A stretch of DNA of 64,000 nucleotides from Actinomycetota bacterium (GCA_041166405.1 JBEEFV010000013.1:21927-85926), one strand, 5' to 3'. Counted from the stretch's first letter, positions 25,265 through 34,949 are shown. The notes: generated from the sequence alone by a model not told the origin. Translations and numbers: made by a program.

Positions 25265-26013
25265 AGGTCGGCGACCGAGATCAGTTCGATGCCGCGTGCT
25301 TCGACGACCTTGCGCACTTCGGGCGCGCAGATCGCGTCGAGATCGGGCACGCGCGTGGACTCCACCCAGAAATAGTTCTCGGCGTCTTCGGGCGTGACGG
25401 CGCGCAGCTCTTCACTCGCCACCGCGGGGTGGCTCTGGACCATGTGCGTGCCCGGACCGAGCTGTTCGAGAAAGTCGGCGAACCACGCGCCGCGATCACG
25501 GCGCGACTGCACGCTCAGCACCGTGATCGAGTCGAACGTGTGATGCGGGTTCACACCGGGATACATGAACTTGAGCCCGAGGCGCGCGCACGCCGCTTCG
25601 TAGGCCGGGATGATCGACAGGCCCATGTGCGGGTCGACGTATTCGAGCGAGAGACCAAACGAAAGGGCTCGATCGATCTGCGCGTTCGCCTCGGCGACGC
25701 CGTCTTCATCAGTCCCCTCTGCCGCGCCCTTCACCGTGCGTTTGAACAGACCGTCGGTGTCGCGCAGTGACGTCGCCGCCGTGAGCGGCCCCCACCGCAA
25801 GTACTCCCAGTCGCACGTGAGCGTCACGTGCAGGCCCGTCGCGATGCCGAGTCGTTTGGTCATCAGCGCGCCTTCGGCGAACCACGGCGTCGGCGCCATG
25901 ACGGAGGTTTGCGTGAGGATCCCGTCGGTCTTCGCCAACGCAATCCCTTCGTTGACGGCGCGGCACATGCCGCAGTCGTCGGCCTGCACGATCAACCTCA
26001 CGTCGCCGCCCAT
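25261..26013 (-). CDS. YdjC/ChbG-family carbohydrate deacetylase
   Basis: The sequence MGGDVRLIVQADDCGMCRAVNEGIALAKTDGILTQTSVM matches the YdjC N-terminal consensus (ADDfG...N.gI). The start is at 26013, or at 26034 if the longer form is used. Confidence 0.7.
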   Translation of the reverse strand: MGGDVRLIVQADDCGMCRAVNEGIALAKTDGILTQTSVMAPTPWFAEGALMTKRLGIATGLHVTLTCDWEYLRWGPLTAATSLRDTDGLFKRTVKGAAEGTDEDGVAEANAQIDRALSFGLSLEYVDPHMGLSIIPAYEAACARLGLKFMYPGVNPHHTFDSITVLSVQSRRDRGAWFADFLEQLGPGTHMVQSHPAVASEELRAVTPEDAENYFWVESTRVPDLDAICAPEVRKVVEARGIELISVADL

Positions 26014-26032
26014 GGACGGCAGACTACGAAAC

Positions 26033-26773
26033 ATGAGCTCTCGCCGGGTTGCGATTGTCAGTGATGCCGCGAGCTACGTCGGCCCGAACCTCGCCCGCGT
26101 GCTCGCCGACCGCGGCCACGACCTCGTCGTCGGCGATCCCGCCGAAGGACTCGTCGCCGACCTCAAGCAACGCGGCGCGCACGTGGCCTCGGTGGGGAAC
26201 ACGCGCGACTTGTCGAAGCACGACGCGTCCGAGCGATTGGTCGCCGCCGCGCTCGAGCACTTCGGCCGCGTCGACGCTGCCGCGGCGTTCACCGGCCGCA
26301 TCGTCGTCGGGCGATTCCTGAAGTCGTCGCTCGACGACCTGCACGCCGTGCTCGGCGGCTGCGTCGACGCGCCCTACAACTTCTTGCGCGCCGTCGTGCC
26401 GCAGATGGTCGAGCAGGGCGACGGGCAGGTGCTCGTGTTCACGAGCGCCGCCGGCGCCCGTCCGACGCCGGGGGCGCCGCTGTATTCGTCGGCGCGCGCC
26501 GCTGCGAACATGCTCGTGCGCAACGTCGCCGCCGAGGTCGCCGACAAGGGCGTGCAGGTCAACGCCGTCGGCACGAACTTCATGGACTTCCCCGAGTTCT
26601 TGAAGGCGAACCGCGCCGAAGACGCCGACGGGCGCGCCCGCGTCGAGGCGCAGGTTCCGATGGGGCGTCTCGGCGAACTCGACGAGCTCGCACACTTCGC
26701 CGCGGTGTTCGTGGACGGAACGAGCCGGTTCCAGACCGGCCAGTTCGTGTCGTTCTCAGGCGGCTGGGGCTGA
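26033..26773 (+). CDS. SDR-family oxidoreductase
   Basis: The ATG is at 26033 (MSSRRVAIVSDAASYVGPNLARVL). The sequence shows YSSARAAANMLVRNVA (YxxxR/K-like active-site region) and VNAVGTNFMDFPEF. Confidence 0.75.
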   Translation: MSSRRVAIVSDAASYVGPNLARVLADRGHDLVVGDPAEGLVADLKQRGAHVASVGNTRDLSKHDASERLVAAALEHFGRVDAAAAFTGRIVVGRFLKSSLDDLHAVLGGCVDAPYNFLRAVVPQMVEQGDGQVLVFTSAAGARPTPGAPLYSSARAAANMLVRNVAAEVADKGVQVNAVGTNFMDFPEFLKANRAEDADGRARVEAQVPMGRLGELDELAHFAAVFVDGTSRFQTGQFVSFSGGWG

Positions 26774-26811
26774 CGCTAAACCTGAGAGTCGTGTCAGGTT
26801 TTGCTAGCGTC
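26772..26811. terminator. Bulged hairpin with a T-run, between the SDR stop and the TetR start
   Basis: The sequence is GACGCTAAACCTGA-gagtcgtg-TCAGGTTT-tgct-AGCGTC. The 8-bp inner stem is perfect, the 6-bp outer stem sits across a 4-nt bulge, and the right arm runs into TTTT. It could alternatively be a TetR operator. Confidence 0.4.
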
Positions 26812-26816
26812 GGTAC

Positions 26817-27461
26817 GTGGAAGCAGTTCGGCGGGAGGGTGATCGCGTCGTGCCCGCTGGGCCGAAGGCCCGGCGCACGCGTGCGCAGCTGATCGAGGCC
26901 GCCACCACCGTGTTCGCGGAGCAAGGCTTTCAGAACTCCGCGGTGGCGCAGATCGCCGAGCGCGCCGGCGTGAGCCTCGGCACCTTCTACCAGTACTTCC
27001 GCAACCGCGACGAGGTGCTGACGGCGATGGTCAACGCCCAACTCGAGTGGATCCGCACCGGGCAAGGCGACGGTTGGCATGTGCGCGACGGCGTCGCCGG
27101 ACTCGAACGCGTGTTGCTCGTGTACGTGAAGGCGTACACGCGCGCCATCGACATGTCGCGCGTGTGGGAGTCGGTCAGCCAGACGGAGCCCGACATGATC
27201 GAGCTACGACGCGCCGCAGGTCGTCGCATCACGGACGGATTCGCGCGCGAGCTGCTGCGCGCCGGCAAGGCCGGTGAGATGCGCACGATGTCGCGACGCG
27301 AAGCGCACCTCACCGCACGCGCGCTTGCGGGGATGATCGACCGCATGTGCTTCGACATGTTCGCGTTCGACCCACCGGAACCGGCGCCGACCGAAGCAGA
27401 GGTGGCGGCGTTGGTCGCGCGGTTGTGGGCGACGGCGCTGGGCTTACAGACCGAAGAGTGA
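26817..27461 (+). CDS. TetR-family transcriptional regulator
   Basis: The TetR HTH is RTRAQLIEAATTVFAEQGFQNSAVAQIAERAGVSLGTFYQYFRNRDEV. The 3' end overlaps the convergent amidohydrolase by 18 nt. Confidence 0.85.
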   Translation: MEAVRREGDRVVPAGPKARRTRAQLIEAATTVFAEQGFQNSAVAQIAERAGVSLGTFYQYFRNRDEVLTAMVNAQLEWIRTGQGDGWHVRDGVAGLERVLLVYVKAYTRAIDMSRVWESVSQTEPDMIELRRAAGRRITDGFARELLRAGKAGEMRTMSRREAHLTARALAGMIDRMCFDMFAFDPPEPAPTEAEVAALVARLWATALGLQTEE

Positions 27462-28565
27462 CGCGGCGTTCGTCCCGAGCACGCGCGTACGCGCGTCGAC
27501 GGACAACGGCGACAGCGCGGTGACGATCGCGTCGTTGGCGTTGACGTCGGCGTCGATGTGCGGGAAGTCACTGCCCCACAGCACGTGATCGGTGCCGACG
27601 AGCTCAACGACTGACGGAATCGTCTTCTCGTGCGGCTCGGCGACGTACCAGACGTTGTTGCGCAGGTAGTCCGACGGTTTCTGCTTGGTCGCTTCCATGA
27701 CGAGGCCGCCGAGGCGACGGAACTTGTCGTCGAGACGGTCCATCACGAACGGCGCCCACCCGCAGCCGGCTTCGACGCACACCACCTTGAGCGTGGGGTG
27801 ACGGTCGAAGACGCGGTCGAGCACCATCGTCGACAGCGTGGGGATCAGCTGGCCCGGCGCGGTGAGGGCGAAACCGAACAGGAGCCCGGGCATCGTCTCG
27901 GACCACGCCGGATAGGGCACGCCTCCGCCGCCGAAGCGCACGACGACGTGCAAGCACACCGGGACGCCGGCCTCGGCGCAACGCGCCCAGATCGGATCGA
28001 AGGCGGCGTCGCCGGGGCGCATCCCGTTGACGGGTTCGGGCGGGAGGAAGACGCCGCGGAAACCCGCCGCAATGCAGGCGTCCAACTCGCGCGCGGCCTC
28101 GGCGGGATCACCGAAGTTGAGCGACGCGATCGGCAGGATGCGCTGCGGCGCCACGGACGCGAACTCGGCCTGCCAGCGGTTGTAGGCGCGGCAGTACGCC
28201 GACTTGAGCGCCTCGTCTTCCGACGGCACCGGGAGAATGCCGATCGTCGGGAACACGACGCCGGCGGTGATGCCCTGCGCGTCGTACATGGCGACGCGGG
28301 CGTGGGGGTCGTACGACGCCGGAGGGTTGCCGTCCTCGTACTTGTAGCCGCTGGTGAACGCCTCCATCGGGTCGAGGTGCGAACCCCCGAGACCGGCGAG
28401 GCTGCCGGTGAGCACCGGCACGTCGGCGATGACGAGCGACTCGACGCCGTCGTTGGTCTCGATGCGAATGGCGCGATCGCGGAACTCGGCCTCGAGATAC
28501 GTCGTCCACAGATCCCGGGGCTCGAGCACGTGCGAGTCGGCGTCGACGACGACACCGTTCAACAC
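27444..28565 (-). CDS. Amidohydrolase_2 (TIM-barrel metal-dependent hydrolase, ACMSD-like)
   Basis: The GTG at 28565 is preceded by AAAGGTGA. The sequence shows VVDADSHVLEP, and near the C-terminus VLWGSDFPHID. This is the last gene of the overlapping 11-gene unit. Confidence 0.8.
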   Translation of the reverse strand: MLNGVVVDADSHVLEPRDLWTTYLEAEFRDRAIRIETNDGVESLVIADVPVLTGSLAGLGGSHLDPMEAFTSGYKYEDGNPPASYDPHARVAMYDAQGITAGVVFPTIGILPVPSEDEALKSAYCRAYNRWQAEFASVAPQRILPIASLNFGDPAEAARELDACIAAGFRGVFLPPEPVNGMRPGDAAFDPIWARCAEAGVPVCLHVVVRFGGGGVPYPAWSETMPGLLFGFALTAPGQLIPTLSTMVLDRVFDRHPTLKVVCVEAGCGWAPFVMDRLDDKFRRLGGLVMEATKQKPSDYLRNNVWYVAEPHEKTIPSVVELVGTDHVLWGSDFPHIDADVNANDAIVTALSPLSVDARTRVLGTNAASLFGL

Positions 28566-28966
28566 GAGATCACCTTTGGAACCGACGGAGGCCGGCCCGC
28601 GTCGTGTTTGAGGAACTTGTCGACGGCGCGCAGATAACCGAGCATGGCTTTGCGTCCGTCGTACACGCCGGGCGACGTGCAGTCCGTCAGCGTGTACGCG
28701 GTGACGGCGGAGTACGCGGCCGCCTGAAGCATCACCGTGCAACGTGGCGACGCACCGTGGTGCTTGCGGCACGCGGCGCCCGCCAGGCGTAGCTTCGTCG
28801 AGATGTCGGCGACGGTTTGACCGGCGCGGGCGCTCGTGACGAACCGCTTGTTGTCGTTCAGCTTGCCGATGCTGTCGTGGACGGCCGAGGGCTTGTCGCC
28901 GCGCACGATGAGGAACGCACCGGTGGCGAGTACGGCCAGCGCGATCAGCAACGCGACGCGCGTCAC
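28559..28966 (-). CDS. Small membrane-anchored hypothetical protein (4 Cys)
   Basis: The GTG start overlaps the upstream stop (GTGA). The N-terminal TM is MTRVALLIALAVLATGAFLIV. I recognised no family. Confidence 0.55.
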   Translation of the reverse strand: MTRVALLIALAVLATGAFLIVRGDKPSAVHDSIGKLNDNKRFVTSARAGQTVADISTKLRLAGAACRKHHGASPRCTVMLQAAAYSAVTAYTLTDCTSPGVYDGRKAMLGYLRAVDKFLKHDAGRPPSVPKVISC

Positions 28967-29481
28967 TTCAGCAGACCAGCCGACAGCTGGTACTCGAGCA
29001 CGTCTCCGGCGATGTCGTCGGGAGCGACCTTGCCCGCCTTGACCTGCAACACCTCGAACAACTTCGGACCGAACCAGAGATACAGCGTGTGGTCAGCGGC
29101 GCTGCTCGACAGCACCTTCAAGTTGCCGACGTAGATGGTGTCGAAACGCGCGCCCGTCATGACGCCGTCGATGATCTGCTTGCGGTCCGCGGCGCGTGTG
29201 AGGTCGACATCGTTCTTCACCGTGCTCGCCTGCAGGGTGCCCACGAGCGTCTGGCCTTTGCGGATCGCCCACACGCGCCCGTCGGCCACGAGCGACGACG
29301 CTCCCGCTTTGGCAAACCGACCGCGCGCCGGCGCGTACTCCCCCACCGTGATGCCGTCGCCGAGGATCTTCGGCGCGAGTTCGGCCGACACGCGCGCCGG
29401 TGCCGCGATCGGCGCGCTGCCGTTGCCGCACGCGCCGGCGAAAAACGCCAGCGCGAGCACGCCGATCACGAGGCGTCTCAC
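28963..29481 (-). CDS. Hypothetical lipoprotein
   Basis: The GTG at 29481 overlaps the upstream stop (GTGA). The signal and lipobox read VRRLVIGVLALAFFAGAC. I recognised no family. Confidence 0.65.
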   Translation of the reverse strand: MRRLVIGVLALAFFAGACGNGSAPIAAPARVSAELAPKILGDGITVGEYAPARGRFAKAGASSLVADGRVWAIRKGQTLVGTLQASTVKNDVDLTRAADRKQIIDGVMTGARFDTIYVGNLKVLSSSAADHTLYLWFGPKLFEVLQVKAGKVAPDDIAGDVLEYQLSAGLLK

Positions 29482-30506
29482 GGAGTCGCCGCCTCGAGCG
29501 GCTTGATCGAGTCGTAGGTGCTGTCGTAATTCAGCACGATCGCCGTCGTGCCCGCCATGGTCGACGTGTGGATGTGCTGCTGGAGGAACAGGCCGTGCAG
29601 CGTGTCGACGCGGTAGACGTTCGGGTCCTGCGCGTCGGTGTCGGAGCGGAAACCCGTCTGCAGGTTGACGATGTGCTCGTTGGAGATCACTTCGTAGGTG
29701 TCGTACAGGGTGCCGCAGACGTCGACGTTCACTCGGCGGTTCACGCTGCCGCTCACGACCATCGACGTACCGGTCTTCTCGTCGGTCCCAGCCGAGTTCC
29801 ACGTCGTGCCCTCGCCCTGACGCAGCGCCATGATCGTGACCGGCGGGTCCGGCGTGAAATCGAGCGTGCCCGACGCCGACTTGATCACGAGATGCGTGAT
29901 GTCGACCTCGCCTTCGGGCGCACGGTTGCCGGTCGCCGTCTGGGTCACCGTCCCCACGGTCGTCGCCGGCGAGTACGTGACCTTGTAGCTCGTCGTCGTC
30001 CCGCCGTCGAGCGAGGGCACGAAGATGTCGTAGGTGTCGACCTCGGTCAGGCCGTTCACTGGGTCATCGGTCGTCGTGTGCGCGAGGTTCTGGATCTGCA
30101 GCAGGCCGTGCGCGGGCATCGGCAGGGTCGCTTGCGTCGGCGGCGTGCCGATCGTGATCTGCCCCTTGCCGTGGGTCGTGTACGTCCCCGCGGGCGGCGC
30201 GTGGCGAATGAACACGGTCGCGGGCTGCTCGGGTGTGTCGTCGGGCGCGGCGACAGGGCAACCGGGAAGCTTCGGCAGCGTGGGTGCGAGCTTCGGCGCG
30301 ACGAAGCCCGGCGCGAGGAACAACGCCTCGTTGGGCACGACGAACTGCGACGGCGTCGTCGGCAGCGGAATGGTTTCGTCCTTGTACGACAGGTCGAGCG
30401 CCAGCCGTTTGAAACCGATGGTGAAGTCGGGACCGTGGCCCCCACCGCACGCCGTCGCTACGAGCGACAGCGCGATGAGGACGACGCCGAGCGAACGCCG
30501 ACGCAT
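29478..30506 (-). CDS. Hypothetical lipoprotein (Thr/Gly-rich beta-type extracytoplasmic protein)
   Basis: The ATG at 30506 is preceded by GAAGGAGG and overlaps the upstream stop (TGATG). The signal and lipobox read MRRRSLGVVLIALSLVATAC. I recognised no family. Confidence 0.7.
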   Translation of the reverse strand: MRRRSLGVVLIALSLVATACGGGHGPDFTIGFKRLALDLSYKDETIPLPTTPSQFVVPNEALFLAPGFVAPKLAPTLPKLPGCPVAAPDDTPEQPATVFIRHAPPAGTYTTHGKGQITIGTPPTQATLPMPAHGLLQIQNLAHTTTDDPVNGLTEVDTYDIFVPSLDGGTTTSYKVTYSPATTVGTVTQTATGNRAPEGEVDITHLVIKSASGTLDFTPDPPVTIMALRQGEGTTWNSAGTDEKTGTSMVVSGSVNRRVNVDVCGTLYDTYEVISNEHIVNLQTGFRSDTDAQDPNVYRVDTLHGLFLQQHIHTSTMAGTTAIVLNYDSTYDSIKPLEAATP

Positions 30507-32719
30507 CACGGCACCTCCTTCGAATACGGCTGCTGCAGTGACAGTCGGGTCAAGTACGACAGGACGCGGGTCTGCAACGGCTGGGCACGGAACAAGCGGC
30601 GCCGCAGCGAGTCGGCGAGCGAGCGCGCCGCGGCGACGTCGGTCGGCGTCATCTCGTCGCGCAACTCGCCGTACAACGCCTTGGTGACGAGCCACGCGAA
30701 CTCCTCGTGCTCGTCGTCCTCGACGACGTAGTCGAGGAACTCGATGGGCGTGGCATACGGGTCGCCGACGCCGAGGTCGGTGGCAAGGTCGCGCAATTCG
30801 CAGTACTCGACGGCAACCTCCGCGGATGGCCCGCGCTCGCGCGCCCAGCGCTGGCGGCGCGCCCGTCGCAACGACTTCTGCCCGTAGGGCAGAGAGAGCC
30901 GACCGACAGCCACGAGCAGCAGCAGCGGCAGGATCGTGCGGAGGATGTCGCGTATCTGCTGGTACAAGGCGCGATAGCTGCGCACTTTGATCGGTACGTA
31001 GATCTGCACGGCGACGGCGTCGCCCGCTTCGATGTTCTTGTCGAACTTGGCGTCGTCGTTGTTGAGTTCGGCCTTCGCCTTCGGCGGCTGCGTGATGATC
31101 GGGATCCACCCGCGGCCCGCAAAGTTCACTTCGAGCCACTGCGACGCGTTGCGCGGCCGCACAGTGTTGACGCCGCCCTCTTGTTGCGAGCCGTCGAAGC
31201 CGAACCCGATGCGAGACGGCACGCCCGCCCAGCGAGCCAGCATTGCTTGGGCGGCGACAAGTTCGAACGGCGAACCCTCGTGGTTGCCGACGAGGATCGT
31301 CTCGACCTTGTGCGGCGTGACGTCCTTCGGCGTACCGCTGCCCACGGCCACTTCGACGGCCGTCAGTTTCTTCAGGAGAAAGTCGACGCGATGGAACGGA
31401 TCCTCCGGCGCCTGCTCGAGCAACGCCTTCACCGCCGGAGGCGCCTTCGGGATCTTGCGATAGACGGGGTCGAGGTGCGTGCCCGCCGTGGCGTCGAACA
31501 ACTGATCCTGCGTCGGGTAGCTCGGTAGCGACTCGGTGTAGACGAGCCCGCCCGGCACGCGCCCTGACGACACGCGGAAGCTTCCGGCGCGCGGGTCGAA
31601 GACAAGTTTCTGCCCACCGGTGAGCACGATCTTCGTCGGCCCGGTGACGCCCGGCAGGTTCGTGTTGTCACCGAAGTCGCGGATCGTGAACTTGACCGTG
31701 ACGTCGCCGTTGCGCGCCGCGTCGATCACGCCGTCGGGCGGCACCTTCACGAACGACTTCGGGTTGAACGGCGGCAGGCGCCAGGTCTTGCCGTCGTAGT
31801 CGTCGAGCGACCCGACTTTCCACGGGCCCGTGATGGGTCCGTCGACTTCGAACAGCACGCGATCGGCAGCGGCGTTGAGCGGGATCGGCTTCGGCTTCTG
31901 CGCCTTTTGCGCCGGGTCGTACGCCGGCGCCGGGAACAGCACGTTGGTGCTGTTCAGCATCACGATGACCGCGAGGATGCCCGCCAAGTAGACGACGGCC
32001 TTGACGATGCGTCGGACCTCGAACTCGCGCGTGAGCCCGCTCACGCCGCCTTGATCGCCGAAGAGCACGGTCAGCCCGGCGATGACGGGAACGACGGCGA
32101 GAACGCCCGCCAGCGCCTCGCCGCTCTTCGGTTGGCTGATGGCGGTGAGGCCGAGCAGTGGCAGCGGGATGACCAGCGCCAGGCGTGGTCGCTCGAGCGT
32201 CGTCCCCGCAGTACCGGCCGCGAAGCCGAGCAGCACCATCACGACGACGAGGATCGGCCGCCATCCGGCGTCGAAGGGGATGGGCGGACGCAGCGCACGC
32301 CCCGCGTCGATGGCGTCGCGCACGAGCGACGGCAAATGCGACGGGCCGGCGGCGGATCCGATCGTCACGCTGAGGACGGCGAGGCCGAAGGCGACGACCG
32401 GCAGCAGCAGCTGCATCGACTGGCGGCGCCGCGACCGCGCGCACACCCACGACCAACCGATGCCGACGAGTGCGGCCACCACGCACAGCAGGCGTGCGCC
32501 CCACGAACCGAAGATGCCGCCGACGGTGAGCGCGGTCCCGAGCATCGAGAACGCCGCCACGATCAGCGGGCGCAGCGGGACGTCGATCGGCCCCTCGTCC
32601 TCAGGTTCTGGGCGCGCAGAATCCGGGTTTCCGGGATCTGACGCGCCCAGTTCGCCGAGGAGCGTCGTCGTGTCGAGAACGTCGGTCTCTTCGGTCGGTG
32701 GTGTGAGCGTGGTCGCCAT
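30506..32719 (-). CDS. Polytopic transglutaminase-like protein (TgpA-like architecture: N-terminal TM bundle, TGase-like core, extra TM, DUF4129-like tail); the core is apparently non-catalytic
   Basis: The ATG is at 32719 (MATTLTPPTEE). There are about 6 N-terminal TM segments. The core GSPFELVAAQAMLARWAGVPSRIGFGF...SQWLEVNFAGRGWIPIITQP aligns by eye to G.C..FA......LR..GIPAR.V.G...HAW.EV...G.GW..FDPT. It has Pro, Ser and Ile at the Cys, His and Asp positions. Confidence 0.8.
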   Translation of the reverse strand: MATTLTPPTEETDVLDTTTLLGELGASDPGNPDSARPEPEDEGPIDVPLRPLIVAAFSMLGTALTVGGIFGSWGARLLCVVAALVGIGWSWVCARSRRRQSMQLLLPVVAFGLAVLSVTIGSAAGPSHLPSLVRDAIDAGRALRPPIPFDAGWRPILVVVMVLLGFAAGTAGTTLERPRLALVIPLPLLGLTAISQPKSGEALAGVLAVVPVIAGLTVLFGDQGGVSGLTREFEVRRIVKAVVYLAGILAVIVMLNSTNVLFPAPAYDPAQKAQKPKPIPLNAAADRVLFEVDGPITGPWKVGSLDDYDGKTWRLPPFNPKSFVKVPPDGVIDAARNGDVTVKFTIRDFGDNTNLPGVTGPTKIVLTGGQKLVFDPRAGSFRVSSGRVPGGLVYTESLPSYPTQDQLFDATAGTHLDPVYRKIPKAPPAVKALLEQAPEDPFHRVDFLLKKLTAVEVAVGSGTPKDVTPHKVETILVGNHEGSPFELVAAQAMLARWAGVPSRIGFGFDGSQQEGGVNTVRPRNASQWLEVNFAGRGWIPIITQPPKAKAELNNDDAKFDKNIEAGDAVAVQIYVPIKVRSYRALYQQIRDILRTILPLLLLVAVGRLSLPYGQKSLRRARRQRWARERGPSAEVAVEYCELRDLATDLGVGDPYATPIEFLDYVVEDDEHEEFAWLVTKALYGELRDEMTPTDVAAARSLADSLRRRLFRAQPLQTRVLSYLTRLSLQQPYSKEVP

Positions 32720-33945
32720 CAGCCCATCCCCGCGCCGACGGAATGACGGAACGCGACGGCGAGTGGCACGTTCGGGCGGATCTCGACGACCTGTGCCCCG
32801 AGGGCGGACGCGCGCGCCAGGGTCTCGGCCGACTCGTCGCCCCACATGAGCGCGGCGATCAGCACGGACGTGCCGCGCTGCAACACGAGGTCGAGGCGCG
32901 CCGCGCTGGCGGCGTCGAGGCGGGGCGTGACCACGACCAAGTGCGTGTTGGCGCCGCCGCCGTTGTTGATGACGCGCGACAACGCGTCGGCCAGCGGCGC
33001 CTTGACGCGCTCGACGCGCGCCAACGCGTCGAGCATCGGGATCTGCGCCGCCGGGCCGCGCAACGGCACCACGAGGCGGTCAGTCGAACCCTCGAGCAGC
33101 ACTGAGAAGCCGTCGCGCAAGTCGCGAACGCCGACCGACGCCGCCACCTTCACGCCGGCTTCGAACGATCCGCTCACCTCGCCGCGACTGTGGAAGGTGA
33201 CGTCCTGGTCGAGCAGGATCGTGACCTTGTCGGTGATGCCCTGCTCCGCTTCGCGGACGAGCAACTGGCCGGTGCGGGCATACGCGCGCCACACGATGCG
33301 GCGCACGTCGTCGCCGGGCGAGTACTGACGCATCCCGTAGAACTCGAAGCCGCTCGGCCACGGCCGGCTGACGGGCGGGCGGAAGGGCGGGTCCTCGAAC
33401 ATGCGCGTGAGCGGGCGGTCGCTCACCTCTTCCACCATCGGATGCACCAGCACCTCGACGGGTTCGACGAGCGTCATCTCGCGTCGCGTCAAACCGAACG
33501 GGTCGCCGTAGCGAGCCACGAGCGGACCGAGTTCGTACAGACCACGGCGACGGCACGTGAGGTTGTACGTGTGCTCGACGCTCTCGTCCGGCTCGATCAC
33601 GGCGACGGGCAGCGGCGCGGCTTCACCGAGCGCCGGCGGCACGATTTCCTCGACGACGAACGTCGAGACGCGCCGCGGCGCCCGCAGCGTGATTTCCATC
33701 GGCAGGGTTTCACCGACGCGCAGGCGCGGCCGGCTTTCCGATCGCTGCGCCTCGACCGGGATCGGGCGACGGCCGATGACGTAACTGGCGACGAGCAACA
33801 CCACGAGCGTGTAGCTGACGATGTACAGCGGGCGTCCGCCGATGAACCGCGCGATGCCCCACGCCACCACGGCCAAGGCCGCGACGATCAAGCCCGACGA
33901 CGTCAGGCCTGTTCGTTGCGTGACGAGCTCGCGCCAGCGCGTCAT
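32719..33945 (-). CDS. DUF58-domain protein (MoxR-associated, vWA-like)
   Basis: There are two N-terminal TM segments. The DUF58 signature is FEFYGMRQYSPGDDVRRIVWRAYARTGQLLVREAEQ. Start and stop overlap both neighbours. Confidence 0.85.
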   Translation of the reverse strand: MTRWRELVTQRTGLTSSGLIVAALAVVAWGIARFIGGRPLYIVSYTLVVLLVASYVIGRRPIPVEAQRSESRPRLRVGETLPMEITLRAPRRVSTFVVEEIVPPALGEAAPLPVAVIEPDESVEHTYNLTCRRRGLYELGPLVARYGDPFGLTRREMTLVEPVEVLVHPMVEEVSDRPLTRMFEDPPFRPPVSRPWPSGFEFYGMRQYSPGDDVRRIVWRAYARTGQLLVREAEQGITDKVTILLDQDVTFHSRGEVSGSFEAGVKVAASVGVRDLRDGFSVLLEGSTDRLVVPLRGPAAQIPMLDALARVERVKAPLADALSRVINNGGGANTHLVVVTPRLDAASAARLDLVLQRGTSVLIAALMWGDESAETLARASALGAQVVEIRPNVPLAVAFRHSVGAGMG

Positions 33946-34949
33946 TACGAGGCGCGTGCCTTGCGGGCTCGGGTGGTCTTGGCGGGTGCGCCGTTGCTCG
34001 ACGTAACGCCGAGCGGCGGCTTGATCTGGCCGACGACGCGGTCGAGCACGTCGTCGATGGCCTCGCCGCGCAGCACGGCGTCGGGCGTCATCATCATGCG
34101 GTGCGCGAGCACGGGACGCAGCAGCGCCTTGACGTCCTCGGGATAGACGCGGGCGCGCCCGTCGGCCGCGGCCGCGACCTTCGACGCCTTCAACAACGCG
34201 ATCGACGCACGGGGGCCGGCACCGAGTAGCAGCGCCGGGTCCTTGCGGGTCGCCTGCGTGATCTCGAGGATGTAAGTCTCGACGGGATCGCTGACTTCGA
34301 CGTCGCCGGCGAAGTTGATCATCTCGAGGATGTCCTTGGTGCCGATGACGGGCTCGAGGCCTTCGACTTCGAGGTTCTTGGCGTTGCCGCGAATGACCTG
34401 GCGCTCGGCCTCGAGGTCGGGGTAGCCCATCGTCAGCTTGAACAGGAAGCGGTCGAGCTGGGCTTCGGGCAGCGGGAACGTGCCCGCGAGCTCAACGGGG
34501 TTCTGCGTTGCCAGCACCATGAACGGCTTGGGCAGCGGGTGGGTCACGCCGTCGACGGTGACGTTCTTTTCCGCCATGGCTTCGAGCAGCGCCGACTGGG
34601 TCTTTGGGGTGGCGCGGTTGATCTCGTCGACCAGCAACACGTTGGCGAACACCGGCCCCTCGCGGAACACGAACTTCATCGACTTCGTGTCGATGATCGA
34701 GCTACCGGTGATGTCGCCGGGCAGCATGTCGGGTGTGCACTGCACACGCGACGTGTCGGCCCGGATCGACTGGCTGATGGCACGGGCGAGCATCGACTTA
34801 CCGACGCCGGGCACGTCCTCGAACAGGATGTGGCCACCGGCGCAGATGGCGGTCATCGACATGCGCACCACGTCGTCCTTGCCGTGGATGACGGTGTTGA
34901 TGTTGTCGACGATCTTGTTGAAGACGGTCGAGAATTGTGTGGCGTTCAT
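33945..34949 (-). CDS. MoxR-family AAA+ ATPase
   Basis: The sequence shows VIHGKDDVVRMSMTAICAGGHILFEDVPGVGKSMLARAI (Walker A) and VLLVDEINRATPKTQSALLEAMAE (Walker B/sensor). It also shows FMVLATQNP and the C-terminal AAA lid region. Confidence 0.95.
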   Translation of the reverse strand: MNATQFSTVFNKIVDNINTVIHGKDDVVRMSMTAICAGGHILFEDVPGVGKSMLARAISQSIRADTSRVQCTPDMLPGDITGSSIIDTKSMKFVFREGPVFANVLLVDEINRATPKTQSALLEAMAEKNVTVDGVTHPLPKPFMVLATQNPVELAGTFPLPEAQLDRFLFKLTMGYPDLEAERQVIRGNAKNLEVEGLEPVIGTKDILEMINFAGDVEVSDPVETYILEITQATRKDPALLLGAGPRASIALLKASKVAAAADGRARVYPEDVKALLRPVLAHRMMMTPDAVLRGEAIDDVLDRVVGQIKPPLGVTSSNGAPAKTTRARKARAS

